Below are positions 19,044-27,417 of a DNA stretch of 64,000 nucleotides, in pieces. Made by a program: the position numbers and the translations under genes. Within the stretch, counting starts at the first letter, position 1. Each line of letters starts with the position of its first letter. Source of the stretch: Pseudomonadota bacterium (lineage in GTDB: Bacteria; Pseudomonadota; Alphaproteobacteria; Rhodobacterales; Rhodobacteraceae); NCBI GenBank assembly GCA_038525525.1, contig JBCBHO010000003.1:572165-636164 (forward strand), in the 5' to 3' direction. The notes below the pieces were generated by a model. The model worked only from the letters and a program-made list of their open reading frames with translations. It searched no databases and was not told the origin of the DNA.

Positions 19044-19199
19044 ATGGCACAGTTCTACAAGATCTGGCTGGTTTTCGACCCTCGCCGCGTTTTCGTGGCG
19101 CAGGGCGTCTTCCTGTTCCTGCTGGCAGCGATGATTCACCTCGTCCTGCTCAGCAACGACACGACCAACTGGTTCACGCTCGCCTTCTCGGGCGGCTGA
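19044..19199 (+). CDS. pufA: light-harvesting 1 alpha polypeptide (not in ORF track, 51 aa)
   Basis: Hand translation gives [51 protein letters not shown]. This closely matches the Rhodobacter PufA N-terminus and TM region with its His. GGAG lies upstream. Confidence 0.93.
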   Translation: MAQFYKIWLVFDPRRVFVAQGVFLFLLAAMIHLVLLSNDTTNWFTLAFSGG

Positions 19200-19218
19200 G
19201 CCAGCGCGTGGCATGACT

Positions 19219-19250
19219 GCTGCGGGCGGGGCCAGCGCCTCGCCCGCGGC
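19219..19250 (+). promoter_or_regulatory. intercistronic GC-rich stem-loop after pufA
   Basis: CTGCGGGCG...CGCCCGCGG arms, with no U-tract. The position matches the pufA-pufL mRNA-stabilising hairpins known in Rhodobacter. Confidence 0.6.
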
Positions 19251-19329
19251 AAACCCCAATCACGGTCGATCCCCTCTCGCTTAGGTCCGCAAGCCTGCGA
19301 GGGACGCCACCAAGCGGAGATTTTTGAAG

Positions 19330-20160
19330 ATGGCGATGCTATCGTTCGAAAGAAAATATCGCGTCCGCGGAGGGACGCTTGTCGGCGGCGATCTGTTCGA
19401 CTTCTGGGTAGGTCCCTACTACGTGGGCTTTTTCGGTGTGACGACGATCTTCTTCGCCGGCCTCGGCACCCTGTTGATCTTCATCAGCACGGCGCAAGAC
19501 GGTGTGTTCAACCCCTGGCTCATCTCCATCGAGCCCCCCGCGCTCGAATACGGGCTGGGCGCCGCGCCACTGCGCGAAGGCGGGTATTGGCAGCTCGTCA
19601 CCATATGCGCCATCGGGGCCTTCATCAGCTGGATGATGCGCGAAGTTGAGATCAGTCGAAAACTCGGTATCGGCTACCACGTGCCCTTCGCCTTCGGCAT
19701 CGCGATCCTGGCCTATGTGACGCTCGTCGTCATCCGGCCCGTGCTCATGGGCGCCTGGGGCCACGGTTTCCCCTATGGCATCTTCTCCCATCTCAACTGG
19801 GTGAACAACGTGGGCTATGCCTACGGCAACTTCCACTACAACCCCGCCCACATGGTCGCGATCACGTTCTTCTTCACGACGACGCTCGCGCTCGCACTGC
19901 ACGGCGCGCTGGTGCTTTCGGCGGCGAACCCCGGAAAGGGGCTCGAGGCCAAGTCGCCCGACCACGAGGACACGTTCTTCCGTGACTTCATCGGCTACTC
20001 GGTGGGCACGCTGGGCATCCATCGCCTGGGCCTGCTTCTCGCGCTCAACGCGGGCATCTGGTCGGCGATCTGCATCGTGATCTCGGGCACCGTCTGGTTC
20101 GAGGCCTGGGTCGTCTGGTGGGATTGGTATCTCGATCTGCCCTGGTGGGCGGACCTGTAA
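19330..20160 (+). CDS. pufL: reaction centre L subunit
   Basis: [37 protein letters not shown]. The ATG at 19330 is preferred over the TTG at 19324. Confidence 0.97.
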   Translation: MAMLSFERKYRVRGGTLVGGDLFDFWVGPYYVGFFGVTTIFFAGLGTLLIFISTAQDGVFNPWLISIEPPALEYGLGAAPLREGGYWQLVTICAIGAFISWMMREVEISRKLGIGYHVPFAFGIAILAYVTLVVIRPVLMGAWGHGFPYGIFSHLNWVNNVGYAYGNFHYNPAHMVAITFFFTTTLALALHGALVLSAANPGKGLEAKSPDHEDTFFRDFIGYSVGTLGIHRLGLLLALNAGIWSAICIVISGTVWFEAWVVWWDWYLDLPWWADL

Positions 20161-20174
20161 GGAAAGGATGCGAT

Positions 20175-21104
20175 ATGCCTGAATATCAAAACATCTTCAC
20201 CCAGGTCCAGGTTCGGGGCGAACCCGAATGGGGCATGGATAACGAGCTCAACCTCATCGAAGAGCGTGCGGGGAGCCCCGGCTTCTCTACCCTCCTCGGC
20301 TGGCTCGGCAATGCGCAGCTCGGCCCCATCTACCTGGGCGGGCTGGGCGTGGTGTCCATCGCAACCGGTGTGGCCTGGTTCTTCATCGTGGGCATGAGCT
20401 TCTGGGCGCAGGTAGACTACTCGCCCGCGCTCTTCCTGCGCGAGCTCTTCTACCTCGCGCTCGAGCCGCCCTTCCCGGAATACGGCCTGTCGATCCCGCC
20501 GCTCAATGAAGGCGGGTGGTATCTCATTGCCTCGTTCTTCCTCTTGATCAGCGTGCTGACCTGGTTCGCCCGGTCATGGATGCTCGCCGATCAGCTCGGG
20601 ATGGGAAAGCATGTCTGCTATGCCTTCGCCTCCGCGATCTGGCTCTTCCTCGTGCTCGGCCTCATCCGGCCGGTGCTCATGGGCAGCTGGTCGGAGGCGG
20701 TGCCCTACGGCATCTTCCCCCATCTCGACTGGACGAACCTCTTCTCGATCACCTGGGGTAACCTCTTCTACAACCCGTTCCACGCGCTCTCGATCGTGTT
20801 CCTCTATGGCTCGGCCCTGCTCTTTGCCATGCACGGCGCCACGATCCTCGCCACTGCACGCTTCGGCGGCGACCGCGAGCTCGAGCAGATCTACGATCGC
20901 GGAACGGCCTCGGAGCGGGCGGGCCTCTTCTGGCGCTGGACCATGGGGTTCAACGCCACGATGGAAGGCATTCACCGCTGGGCCTGGTGGTTTGCGGTGC
21001 TGACAACGCTCACGGGCGGCATAGGTATCCTGCTCACCGGTACCGTGGTGGATGACTGGTTCGCCTGGGCTGTCGAGCGTGGCTACGGCTTCGAACGCTA
21101 CTAA
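20175..21104 (+). CDS. pufM: reaction centre M subunit
   Basis: [20 protein letters not shown]... The start was set at the ATG at 20175, inside track ORF 20118..21104. Confidence 0.97.
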   Translation: MPEYQNIFTQVQVRGEPEWGMDNELNLIEERAGSPGFSTLLGWLGNAQLGPIYLGGLGVVSIATGVAWFFIVGMSFWAQVDYSPALFLRELFYLALEPPFPEYGLSIPPLNEGGWYLIASFFLLISVLTWFARSWMLADQLGMGKHVCYAFASAIWLFLVLGLIRPVLMGSWSEAVPYGIFPHLDWTNLFSITWGNLFYNPFHALSIVFLYGSALLFAMHGATILATARFGGDRELEQIYDRGTASERAGLFWRWTMGFNATMEGIHRWAWWFAVLTTLTGGIGILLTGTVVDDWFAWAVERGYGFERY

Positions 21105-21119
21105 AGGGGAGGCTGAGAT

Positions 21120-21359
21120 ATGGCTGACGACAACAACAACCTGCTCGGCATGTCGGAAACACAGCGCATGCGCTACGACATCCTCGGCCTGATGATGAAA
21201 GGCGCGGCCTATGCCGCTCTCCTCCTCATCGCCTGCTGGGCCTTCGTCTATGTCTTCGTGGTGATCAGCTGGTTCCTGCCGCCGGAAAGCCAGGAAGCAC
21301 AGGACCCCACGCCGCTCAGTTTCGAGCTCTCCGTGATCGAGGCCCTGCCCGTCGCGTGA
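21120..21359 (+). CDS. pufX: PufX-like RC-LH1 core complex protein
   Basis: 79 aa single-TM protein immediately after pufM. It has an MMKGA motif before the TM segment and LPPESQEAQDPTP after it, like the LP-x-E-x-QAP-x-P motif of Rhodobacter PufX. Confidence 0.7.
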   Translation: MADDNNNLLGMSETQRMRYDILGLMMKGAAYAALLLIACWAFVYVFVVISWFLPPESQEAQDPTPLSFELSVIEALPVA

Positions 21360-21365
21360 CATTCG

Positions 21366-21392
21366 CCGGGGCGGACGCGAGCCGCCGCCCCG
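21366..21392 (+). promoter_or_regulatory. stem-loop in the puf 3' UTR
   Basis: CCGGGGCGG-N9-CCGCCCCGG, 7 nt after the pufX stop. Confidence 0.5.
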
Positions 21393-21481
21393 GTGCCAAG
21401 TTCGGGTGTCTCATCGGCTTTCGAGGCATCCGTCCCTCGGGGTTTCGACCCCGGTTCCCTTCCTGTTGGCTACAGGACACT

Positions 21482-21516
21482 GGCGCCGCGGAGCATTGCT
21501 CTCGCGGCGCTTTTTT
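21482..21516 (+). terminator. rho-independent terminator of the puf operon
   Basis: GGCGCCGCG-loop-CGCGGCGC followed by TTTTTT. Confidence 0.8.
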
Positions 21517-21584
21517 CTGTCCTACGCCCCGGATGCGGACAGGGAAGCCGCCTTTTGCTAGGCTCTCCGAGGGGAGGGGCAGAC

Positions 21585-21965
21585 ATGGCCGAGACATTCA
21601 CGGGCGGCTGTAAATGCGGGCGCGTCAGCTACAGCGGCACACGCGCCGAGGCGACCATGTTTCGCTGCTATTGCCGCGATTGCCAGCAACTCACCGGCGC
21701 CGGCCATGCCGAGATGGTCCCGCTCCGCGCCGAGGACTTCGAGATCACAGGCAGCTACAGGACCTATCAGATGACCGGCGGGTCCGGACAGGCCACGTGG
21801 AGCGGCTTCTGCGGCGAGTGCGGCGCGCCGCTCACGCGCCGGAGCGCGCGGAACGCGGGCACGATCTATGTCCATGCGGGCTCGCTCCATGATCCCAGCC
21901 GCTACGCGCCTGAGCGCCAGATCTGCCAAGACAGTGCCCAGCCCTGGGACCTGCCCGCCCGCTAG
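21585..21965 (+). CDS. GFA-family (glutathione-dependent formaldehyde-activating / CENP-V-like) zinc protein
   Basis: The Cys pattern CKCGRV...CYCRDCQ...FCGECG is typical of the GFA domain. The start was set at the ATG at 21585. Confidence 0.75.
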   Translation: MAETFTGGCKCGRVSYSGTRAEATMFRCYCRDCQQLTGAGHAEMVPLRAEDFEITGSYRTYQMTGGSGQATWSGFCGECGAPLTRRSARNAGTIYVHAGSLHDPSRYAPERQICQDSAQPWDLPAR

Positions 21966-22028
21966 GGCGCCGAAGCCGGGTTTCATCCCGCCCGGCGCGG
22001 GCTATATACGATCCACGGCGAGGGGCTC

Positions 22029-23036
22029 ATGGACGTACTTTTAGACTTTCTCTTGGGCGTGCTGCTGCAATTTCAGTCCCCGTCTCTCGCGTTCCTGATC
22101 GGCGGCATTCTCATCGCCGCCGCCGGATCGAAGCTCGAGATCCCCGACGCCGTCTACCAGTTCGCCGTGTTCATGCTGCTCATGCGCATCGGTCTCAACG
22201 GGGGCATGGAGATCAGGGATGCTGACCTCACGGTAATCATCCTGCCGGCGCTCGCGGCCTTCGGCCTCGGCGCGCTGATCGTGCTTCTCGGCTGGATCAC
22301 TCTCGCACGCCTGCCCTCCATCGCCCGGGAGGACGCCATCGCCACAGCGGGGCTCTTCGGCGCGGTCAGCGCCTCGACGCTCGGCGCGGCCATGGTCGTC
22401 CTCGAGGCCGAGGGCATCACCTACGAGGCCTGGGTCCCGGCGCTTTATCCCTTCATGGATATCCCGGCGCTCGTGCTCGCCATCGTGCTGGCGGGGCTCC
22501 ACAAGGCGCGCAAGACCGGCGGCGCGGCGGCGCGGATCTCGGTGCGGGCGATCGTCGTCGACAGCCTGCGCGGCGCGGCGCTCTCCGCGCTCATCCTCGG
22601 CCTGCTTCTGGGCCTCTTCACCCGGCCCGAGCGCGTCTTCGAGACGTTCTATGACCCGCTCTTCCGCGGGCTGCTTTCGGTCTTGATGCTCACCATGGGG
22701 ATGGAGGCCTGGGCCCGGCTTTCCGAGCTGCGCCGCGTGGCGCATTGGTACGTTGTCTACGCGATCGCCGCGCCGATCACCCACGGCCTCATCGCCTTTG
22801 GGATCGGCTACGGCATTCACCTCGTCACGGGCTTCTCGCCCGGGGGCGTTGTGCTCCTGGCGATCCTCGCGGCGTCCTCTTCGGATATCTCCGGCCCGCC
22901 GACGCTCCGCGCGGCGATCCCGGCGGCGAACCCTTCGGCCTATATCGGGGCGTCGACCAGCGTCGGCACGCCCATCTCCATCGGGCTCTGCATCCCGCTC
23001 TTCGTCGCGCTCGCGCAGGTGGTCTTCGCGATCTAG
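22029..23036 (+). CDS. SbtA-like (Sbt_1/DUF897) sodium-dependent bicarbonate transporter family permease
   Basis: 335 aa with ~10 TM segments. The N-terminus MDVLLDFLL...SPSLAFLIGGILIAAAGSKLEIPD and overall layout are recalled from this family. A PII-like gene lies adjacent. Confidence 0.6.
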   Translation: MDVLLDFLLGVLLQFQSPSLAFLIGGILIAAAGSKLEIPDAVYQFAVFMLLMRIGLNGGMEIRDADLTVIILPALAAFGLGALIVLLGWITLARLPSIAREDAIATAGLFGAVSASTLGAAMVVLEAEGITYEAWVPALYPFMDIPALVLAIVLAGLHKARKTGGAAARISVRAIVVDSLRGAALSALILGLLLGLFTRPERVFETFYDPLFRGLLSVLMLTMGMEAWARLSELRRVAHWYVVYAIAAPITHGLIAFGIGYGIHLVTGFSPGGVVLLAILAASSSDISGPPTLRAAIPAANPSAYIGASTSVGTPISIGLCIPLFVALAQVVFAI

Positions 23037-23350
23037 ACCTTGAACTTGTGGGGGCGCAGGATCTCCACCGGCATGACGTAGGCGATGCCGGAGTAATTGT
23101 CGAAATAGCGCTCAGCGACGGCCTCGATGATGGCCTCGGCGGCGGCCTTGTCGGCCACGATCACCTCGATACGCACGTTCGTCTGAACGCCTGAAACAGC
23201 CGCGCCCTTGATCCGGCGCATCCCGCGCGAGCCCTTTCCGCCGGCGGGCGTATGGGTATAGCCGGTGGCACCCATTTCCTCCACGATGGCGGCGACCCCG
23301 TCGAGGATGCTGCGCTCCGTGATGATGACAACCTTTTGCGCTGCGTGCAT
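23033..23350 (-). CDS. P-II-like signal transduction protein (SbtB-like partner)
   Basis: 105 aa with a beta-alpha-beta layout and a T-loop-like segment GGKGSRGMRRIKGAAVSG. The start was set at the ATG at 23350. Confidence 0.6.
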   Translation of the reverse strand: MHAAQKVVIITERSILDGVAAIVEEMGATGYTHTPAGGKGSRGMRRIKGAAVSGVQTNVRIEVIVADKAAAEAIIEAVAERYFDNYSGIAYVMPVEILRPHKFKV

Positions 23351-23415
23351 GGCATCCTCCCTCGCGCGGTAGCCTAGGCCACCCCGCGGCGTGGGCAATG
23401 GCTTTTCGTGGGGCC

Positions 23416-23952
23416 TCAGGCCTTCATCAGGCCGCCGAAGATCTTCTCGGAATGCTGCGCGAGGTAGATCCGGATCCACGGCGTGAACCGCTCAGGGCGC
23501 CGCGCGATCTCCGCCTTGAGCTCGTAGAGATCCATCCAGCGCACGTCCGCGACCTCGTCGGGGTTGAGTGCCATGGTCAGGCTCTTGGAGGCCGGGGCGA
23601 TGAAGATATCGGCCACCTCGTGCTCGATGAGCCCGCCGCCCACCTCAGCGCGGTACTCCACGCGGTCGCGGTGCGCGGGGTAAAGCCCGGTGATCCCCAG
23701 CTCGTCATCGAGGCGGCGCACGGCGCAATCGGCCGGGTCCTCGTGCCAGTGGGGATGGGTGCAGCAGGTATTCGCCCAGAGGCCTGGCGTGTGATACTTC
23801 CCGTGTGCGCGTTGCTGGAGCAGCACCTCCATGCCGTCCATGACAAAAACGCTCACGGCCTTATGCTTGAGGCCGCGCTGGTGCACCTCTAGCTTTTCGA
23901 CGGGCGTCAGGACGCCATCGACCCAGGCCGGGATCATATCCATCTCACACAT
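23416..23952 (-). CDS. idi: isopentenyl-diphosphate delta-isomerase, type 1
   Basis: NUDIX-fold Idi motifs (HKAVSVFV, WANTCCTHP, EHEV). It lies downstream of bchP, as in Rhodobacter. Confidence 0.88.
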   Translation of the reverse strand: MCEMDMIPAWVDGVLTPVEKLEVHQRGLKHKAVSVFVMDGMEVLLQQRAHGKYHTPGLWANTCCTHPHWHEDPADCAVRRLDDELGITGLYPAHRDRVEYRAEVGGGLIEHEVADIFIAPASKSLTMALNPDEVADVRWMDLYELKAEIARRPERFTPWIRIYLAQHSEKIFGGLMKA

Positions 23953-25126
23953 GCTCCGGTTTCACGATGCCCATCAGGTGGGCGAGGTTCTTGATGCCGA
24001 TCTTGACGTGGGCCAGAGGCCGCGCCGCCACGAGCTTTTTGTTCATATAGGCCTCGAAGGTGAGGCGCTGCACGTCGACATCATGACACAGGGAGACGAA
24101 GCGCTCGCGGCGCTCGTCGGACTTGTAATAGGCGTCCTGCATGGCGCCGAGGACCTTGAAGACGTTCTTGTGCTCTTTCATGAAGGCGCGCCGCGCCTGG
24201 GCCAGCGCCCGCGCCTCGCCCGTGGCGAGCGCGCTTTCGACGGCGAGAGCGGCCACGCGGCCGCCCATCATGGCGTAATAGATACCCTCTCCAGAGGAAG
24301 GCGCCACGACCCCCGCGGCATCGCCCGCGAGCACGACGTCGCGGTCGTTGTCCCATTTGTCGAGCGGTTTCAGCGGGATGGGCGCGCCTTCCTTGCGGAT
24401 CGTCTCGCAGCCCTCGAGGCCCGAGGCGCGGCGGAGGTCGGCGGTGCGCGCCTTGAGATCGACGCTCATGTCCTCGGTGCCCATGCCCACGCTGGCGGAC
24501 TGGCCGTGGGGAAAGACCCAGCCGTAGAAATCGGGCGAGATGGCCCCGTCATAGACGACGTCGCAGCGCGCGGGGTCGTAGCTGCCGACCTTACCGGGTG
24601 CCTTGATGATCTCGTGATAGGCCACGACGTAGCGGCCTTTGCCCGCACCCGGCACCTCGGCGGCGGCCACGCGGCTTTTCGCCCCGTCGGCGCCGATGAT
24701 CATGCGCGTCTCGAGCGCCACCTCTTCCTTCTGCCGGTCGCGGTAGATGACCTTGGGGTTGGGGCCCGCGCGGTCCACGCGCAGGAAGGTGCCGGTGTGC
24801 CGCTCCGCGCCACTCTCGGCAGCGCGCACACGCAGGAATTCGTCGAAATGCTCCCGGTCGACCATGCCAACGAAGCCGTTCTCGATGGGGATGTCGACCT
24901 GCCGCTGGGTGGGCGAGATCATGCGTGCGGTGTTGATCTTGGCCACGAGCTGCGCGTCGGGGATGTCGAAGTCGGTGATGAGGCGGGGCGGGATCGCGCC
25001 GCCGCAGGGCTTGATGCGGCCCGCCCGGTCGATGAGCGCCACGCGGTGCCCGGTGCGGGCGAGGTCTTCTGCGGCGGTGGCACCGGAGGGTCCGCCCCCG
25101 ACGACGACGACGTCAAACATGTTCAT
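23945..25126 (-). CDS. bchP: geranylgeranyl diphosphate/bacteriochlorophyll reductase
   Basis: MNMFDVVVVGGGPSGATAAEDLAR... spans 393 aa. The rest of track ORF 23945..26365 is an out-of-frame read-through over the upstream gene. Confidence 0.94.
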   Translation of the reverse strand: MNMFDVVVVGGGPSGATAAEDLARTGHRVALIDRAGRIKPCGGAIPPRLITDFDIPDAQLVAKINTARMISPTQRQVDIPIENGFVGMVDREHFDEFLRVRAAESGAERHTGTFLRVDRAGPNPKVIYRDRQKEEVALETRMIIGADGAKSRVAAAEVPGAGKGRYVVAYHEIIKAPGKVGSYDPARCDVVYDGAISPDFYGWVFPHGQSASVGMGTEDMSVDLKARTADLRRASGLEGCETIRKEGAPIPLKPLDKWDNDRDVVLAGDAAGVVAPSSGEGIYYAMMGGRVAALAVESALATGEARALAQARRAFMKEHKNVFKVLGAMQDAYYKSDERRERFVSLCHDVDVQRLTFEAYMNKKLVAARPLAHVKIGIKNLAHLMGIVKPEHV

Positions 25127-26397
25127 TCTCCGGGTTGAAGGGCTTGGCGTTCGGCGGGCTCGGCGACCGCGGCTGGCTGGCCGAGGATGCGCAGCGCCAT
25201 GAGCGCGGCGGCGCAGAAGAGCACCGCTTCGAGCGTGAAGACAGTGGCGTAGGCGGCGGCATCGGGCAGCGCCACGCGAATAAGATCGAGGAGGCCCGTG
25301 GCGAGGAGCCCCGCGGCACCCGCGGCGATGGCCTGTGCGGCGCCGAAGACGCCCATGCGCGTGCCTGTGGCACCCTCGCGCTCCGAGCTCAGCGCCATCA
25401 TGGAGCCCACGGCGCCCACGACGAACATCCCGTTCCCGAGCCCGAGCGCGACGGAGGACGCAACGAGGGGCATCTGCGCGCCGAGCGCGAGGAGCCCGGC
25501 GGCCGAGAGGATGCAGCCTGCCACCGCCCAAGCGCGTAGGCTTCCGATGCGGAAGGCCGACAGTACCCCGGCGAGGAGCATCCCGAGCAGCGCCGCGCCG
25601 TCCTTGCCGCCCGAAAGCTTCGTTGAGTCCTCGGGGGAGAGGCCGTGGACGTGGCCCGCGAAGGGCTCGAAGATGAGCTCGCTCAGGTAGAAGGCGAGGA
25701 TCGAGAGAAAGACGAAGCCCGTGAAGCGCCGCGCGGCGCGGTCCTCCCACGTGGCGCGCAGGGCGGGCATGAGCTCGGTATGCTCCGGCGCGGGGGCTTT
25801 GCCCAGCCGGCGCTCCACGCCCCAGGTCGCCAGGACGCAGAGGAGGACGGCGATGGCGGCCACCGCGCTCACCACCACCACGAGGCGCTCGGGCGAATAG
25901 GGCTCGAGCGCGATACCGGTGCCAATGGAGGCGGCGATGGCTCCCGCGATGAGGAAGAGCCATGCCACGGTCGCCGCCGCGCCTTTGCCGCGGCCGGACG
26001 TGACCGTGGCCAGAAGCGCAAGGAAGGATGTGCCCGCCGCGCCGATCCCGAGGCCGAGGGCCGCGTAGGCCGCGATCCAGATGGCCAAGGCGAGCGAGGC
26101 GGAGCTGCCCGCCACACCGATGGCCCAGGCCGCGGCCACGATTGCGGCGGCGGTGAGCGTGATCCCCCAAAGGATGAAGGGCGTCCGCCCTCCCTTCGCG
26201 TCCGAGCGGTGGCCCCAAACGGGCCGCGTGAGCTGGACGCCGTAGTGAAGCGCGACGAGGAGGCCCGGCAGCAGGGCAGGGAGCGCAAGCTCCACCGTCA
26301 TCAGCCGGTTGAAGAGGTTGACGGGCAGCGCGGCGAGCCCGCCGATGGCGGCATTGACGAGGCAAAGCCGCGCGATGGTGAGCCAGCCCGCGCTCAT
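25123..26397 (-). CDS. PucC/BCD-family MFS protein (ORF428-like)
   Basis: 424 aa, 12-TM protein between bchG and bchP. It is a paralog of lhaA in this window. Confidence 0.82.
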   Translation of the reverse strand: MSAGWLTIARLCLVNAAIGGLAALPVNLFNRLMTVELALPALLPGLLVALHYGVQLTRPVWGHRSDAKGGRTPFILWGITLTAAAIVAAAWAIGVAGSSASLALAIWIAAYAALGLGIGAAGTSFLALLATVTSGRGKGAAATVAWLFLIAGAIAASIGTGIALEPYSPERLVVVVSAVAAIAVLLCVLATWGVERRLGKAPAPEHTELMPALRATWEDRAARRFTGFVFLSILAFYLSELIFEPFAGHVHGLSPEDSTKLSGGKDGAALLGMLLAGVLSAFRIGSLRAWAVAGCILSAAGLLALGAQMPLVASSVALGLGNGMFVVGAVGSMMALSSEREGATGTRMGVFGAAQAIAAGAAGLLATGLLDLIRVALPDAAAYATVFTLEAVLFCAAALMALRILGQPAAVAEPAERQALQPGE

Positions 26398-27293
26398 GCG
26401 AGCCCCCGGAGCGCCACGGCGGCGATCATCATGCCGGCCACATAGGCGCCGACGCCCGGCCCGTTATACCAGGGGGCGAGGCCCTTCGGATCCCGAAGCA
26501 TCCAGGCCATGGCCCAGCCCTGCACCCCGAGAAGTGCGGCAATGGCGGCGGCGTGGCCGGGGCGCCCAAGGGCGAGGAGGAGCGCGATGACGGCGATCTG
26601 CGCGCAGGCCATGACGACACAAGCAAGGCGTGCGGCGCGTTCGGGGCCGAGCGTGACCGGGAGCGAGCGCAGGCCCATCTGGCGATCACCCTCCAAGGCC
26701 TTGAAGTCATTGAGTGTCATGATGCCATGGGCGCCGATGCCGTAGAGCAGGGCCACGGTGATGGTCTCCCAACGGGGCAGGCCCGCCACCATGATGGCGG
26801 CGCCCGTGAACCAGGGCAGGCTCTCGTAAGAGAGACCCACGAGGCCGGGACCCCACCAGCCGGAGCGCTTCGCGCGGACGGGCTCGGCGCTGTAGGCCCA
26901 GGCGGCGATGACGGCGGCCACGGTGGCGCCGAAGCCCCACGGCCCGAGCTGCCAGCCGACGACTAAGGCGAGGAGCGACATGGCCAGCGCGATCCAGAGG
27001 CCCCAGCGGCCGGGGATCCGGCCCGAGGGGATCGGGCGGTCGGGCTCGTTGATGGCGTCCACGTGGCGGTCGCACCAATCGTTGGCGGCCTGGCTCATCC
27101 CGCAGGTGATAGGGCCGGCGAGCACGATCCCGAGGAGCGCCAGCGCCCAGGCCTCAGAAAGGCCCGCGCCCGAGGAGACGATGCCGCAGAGATAGGCCCA
27201 CATGGGCGGGAACCACGTGATCGGCTTGATCAGCGTGAGCGCTGCGACGGGCTCCGGAAACCTGCGAATCTGAAGGGTGCCTGCGGACGACAT
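26394..27293 (-). CDS. bchG: bacteriochlorophyll synthase
   Basis: 299 aa UbiA prenyltransferase family protein (NDWCDRHVDAINEPDRP). Confidence 0.94.
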   Translation of the reverse strand: MSSAGTLQIRRFPEPVAALTLIKPITWFPPMWAYLCGIVSSGAGLSEAWALALLGIVLAGPITCGMSQAANDWCDRHVDAINEPDRPIPSGRIPGRWGLWIALAMSLLALVVGWQLGPWGFGATVAAVIAAWAYSAEPVRAKRSGWWGPGLVGLSYESLPWFTGAAIMVAGLPRWETITVALLYGIGAHGIMTLNDFKALEGDRQMGLRSLPVTLGPERAARLACVVMACAQIAVIALLLALGRPGHAAAIAALLGVQGWAMAWMLRDPKGLAPWYNGPGVGAYVAGMMIAAVALRGLA

Positions 27294-27294
27294 G

Positions 27295-27312
27295 TGTCAA
27301 CTATACTGGACA
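27295..27312. promoter_or_regulatory. PpsR/CrtJ palindrome 1 upstream of bchG
   Basis: TGTCAACTATACTGGACA, starting 2 nt from the bchG ATG. Confidence 0.7.
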
Positions 27313-27317
27313 CAATC

Positions 27318-27335
27318 TGTCCAGCAAGGATTACA
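27318..27335. promoter_or_regulatory. PpsR/CrtJ palindrome 2 upstream of bchG
   Basis: TGTCCAGCAAGGATTACA, 5 bp from palindrome 1. Confidence 0.7.
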
Positions 27336-27356
27336 TTGCCGCACGCGAGTGGGGCT

Positions 27357-27384
27357 GCCACGAATTCTTGCAATAATTCGTGGC
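27357..27384. promoter_or_regulatory. 28-bp near-perfect palindrome/hairpin downstream of ppsR
   Basis: GCCACGAATT-CTTGCAAT-AATTCGTGGC with 10-bp arms. The arm sequence CACGAATT is shared with the hairpin at 41280. Confidence 0.55.
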
Positions 27385-27417
27385 ACTGGGCGGGGCCGAT
27401 TGTCTGGAGTTTCGGGC

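Noticed and set aside
25127-26365. N-terminal 400+ residues of the 806-aa track ORF 23945..26365
   Set aside because: Only the C-terminal 393 aa (from MNMFDVVVVGGG) is BchP. The upstream part is an alternative frame over the PucC-like gene (25123-26397), which has a convincing 12-TM sequence.
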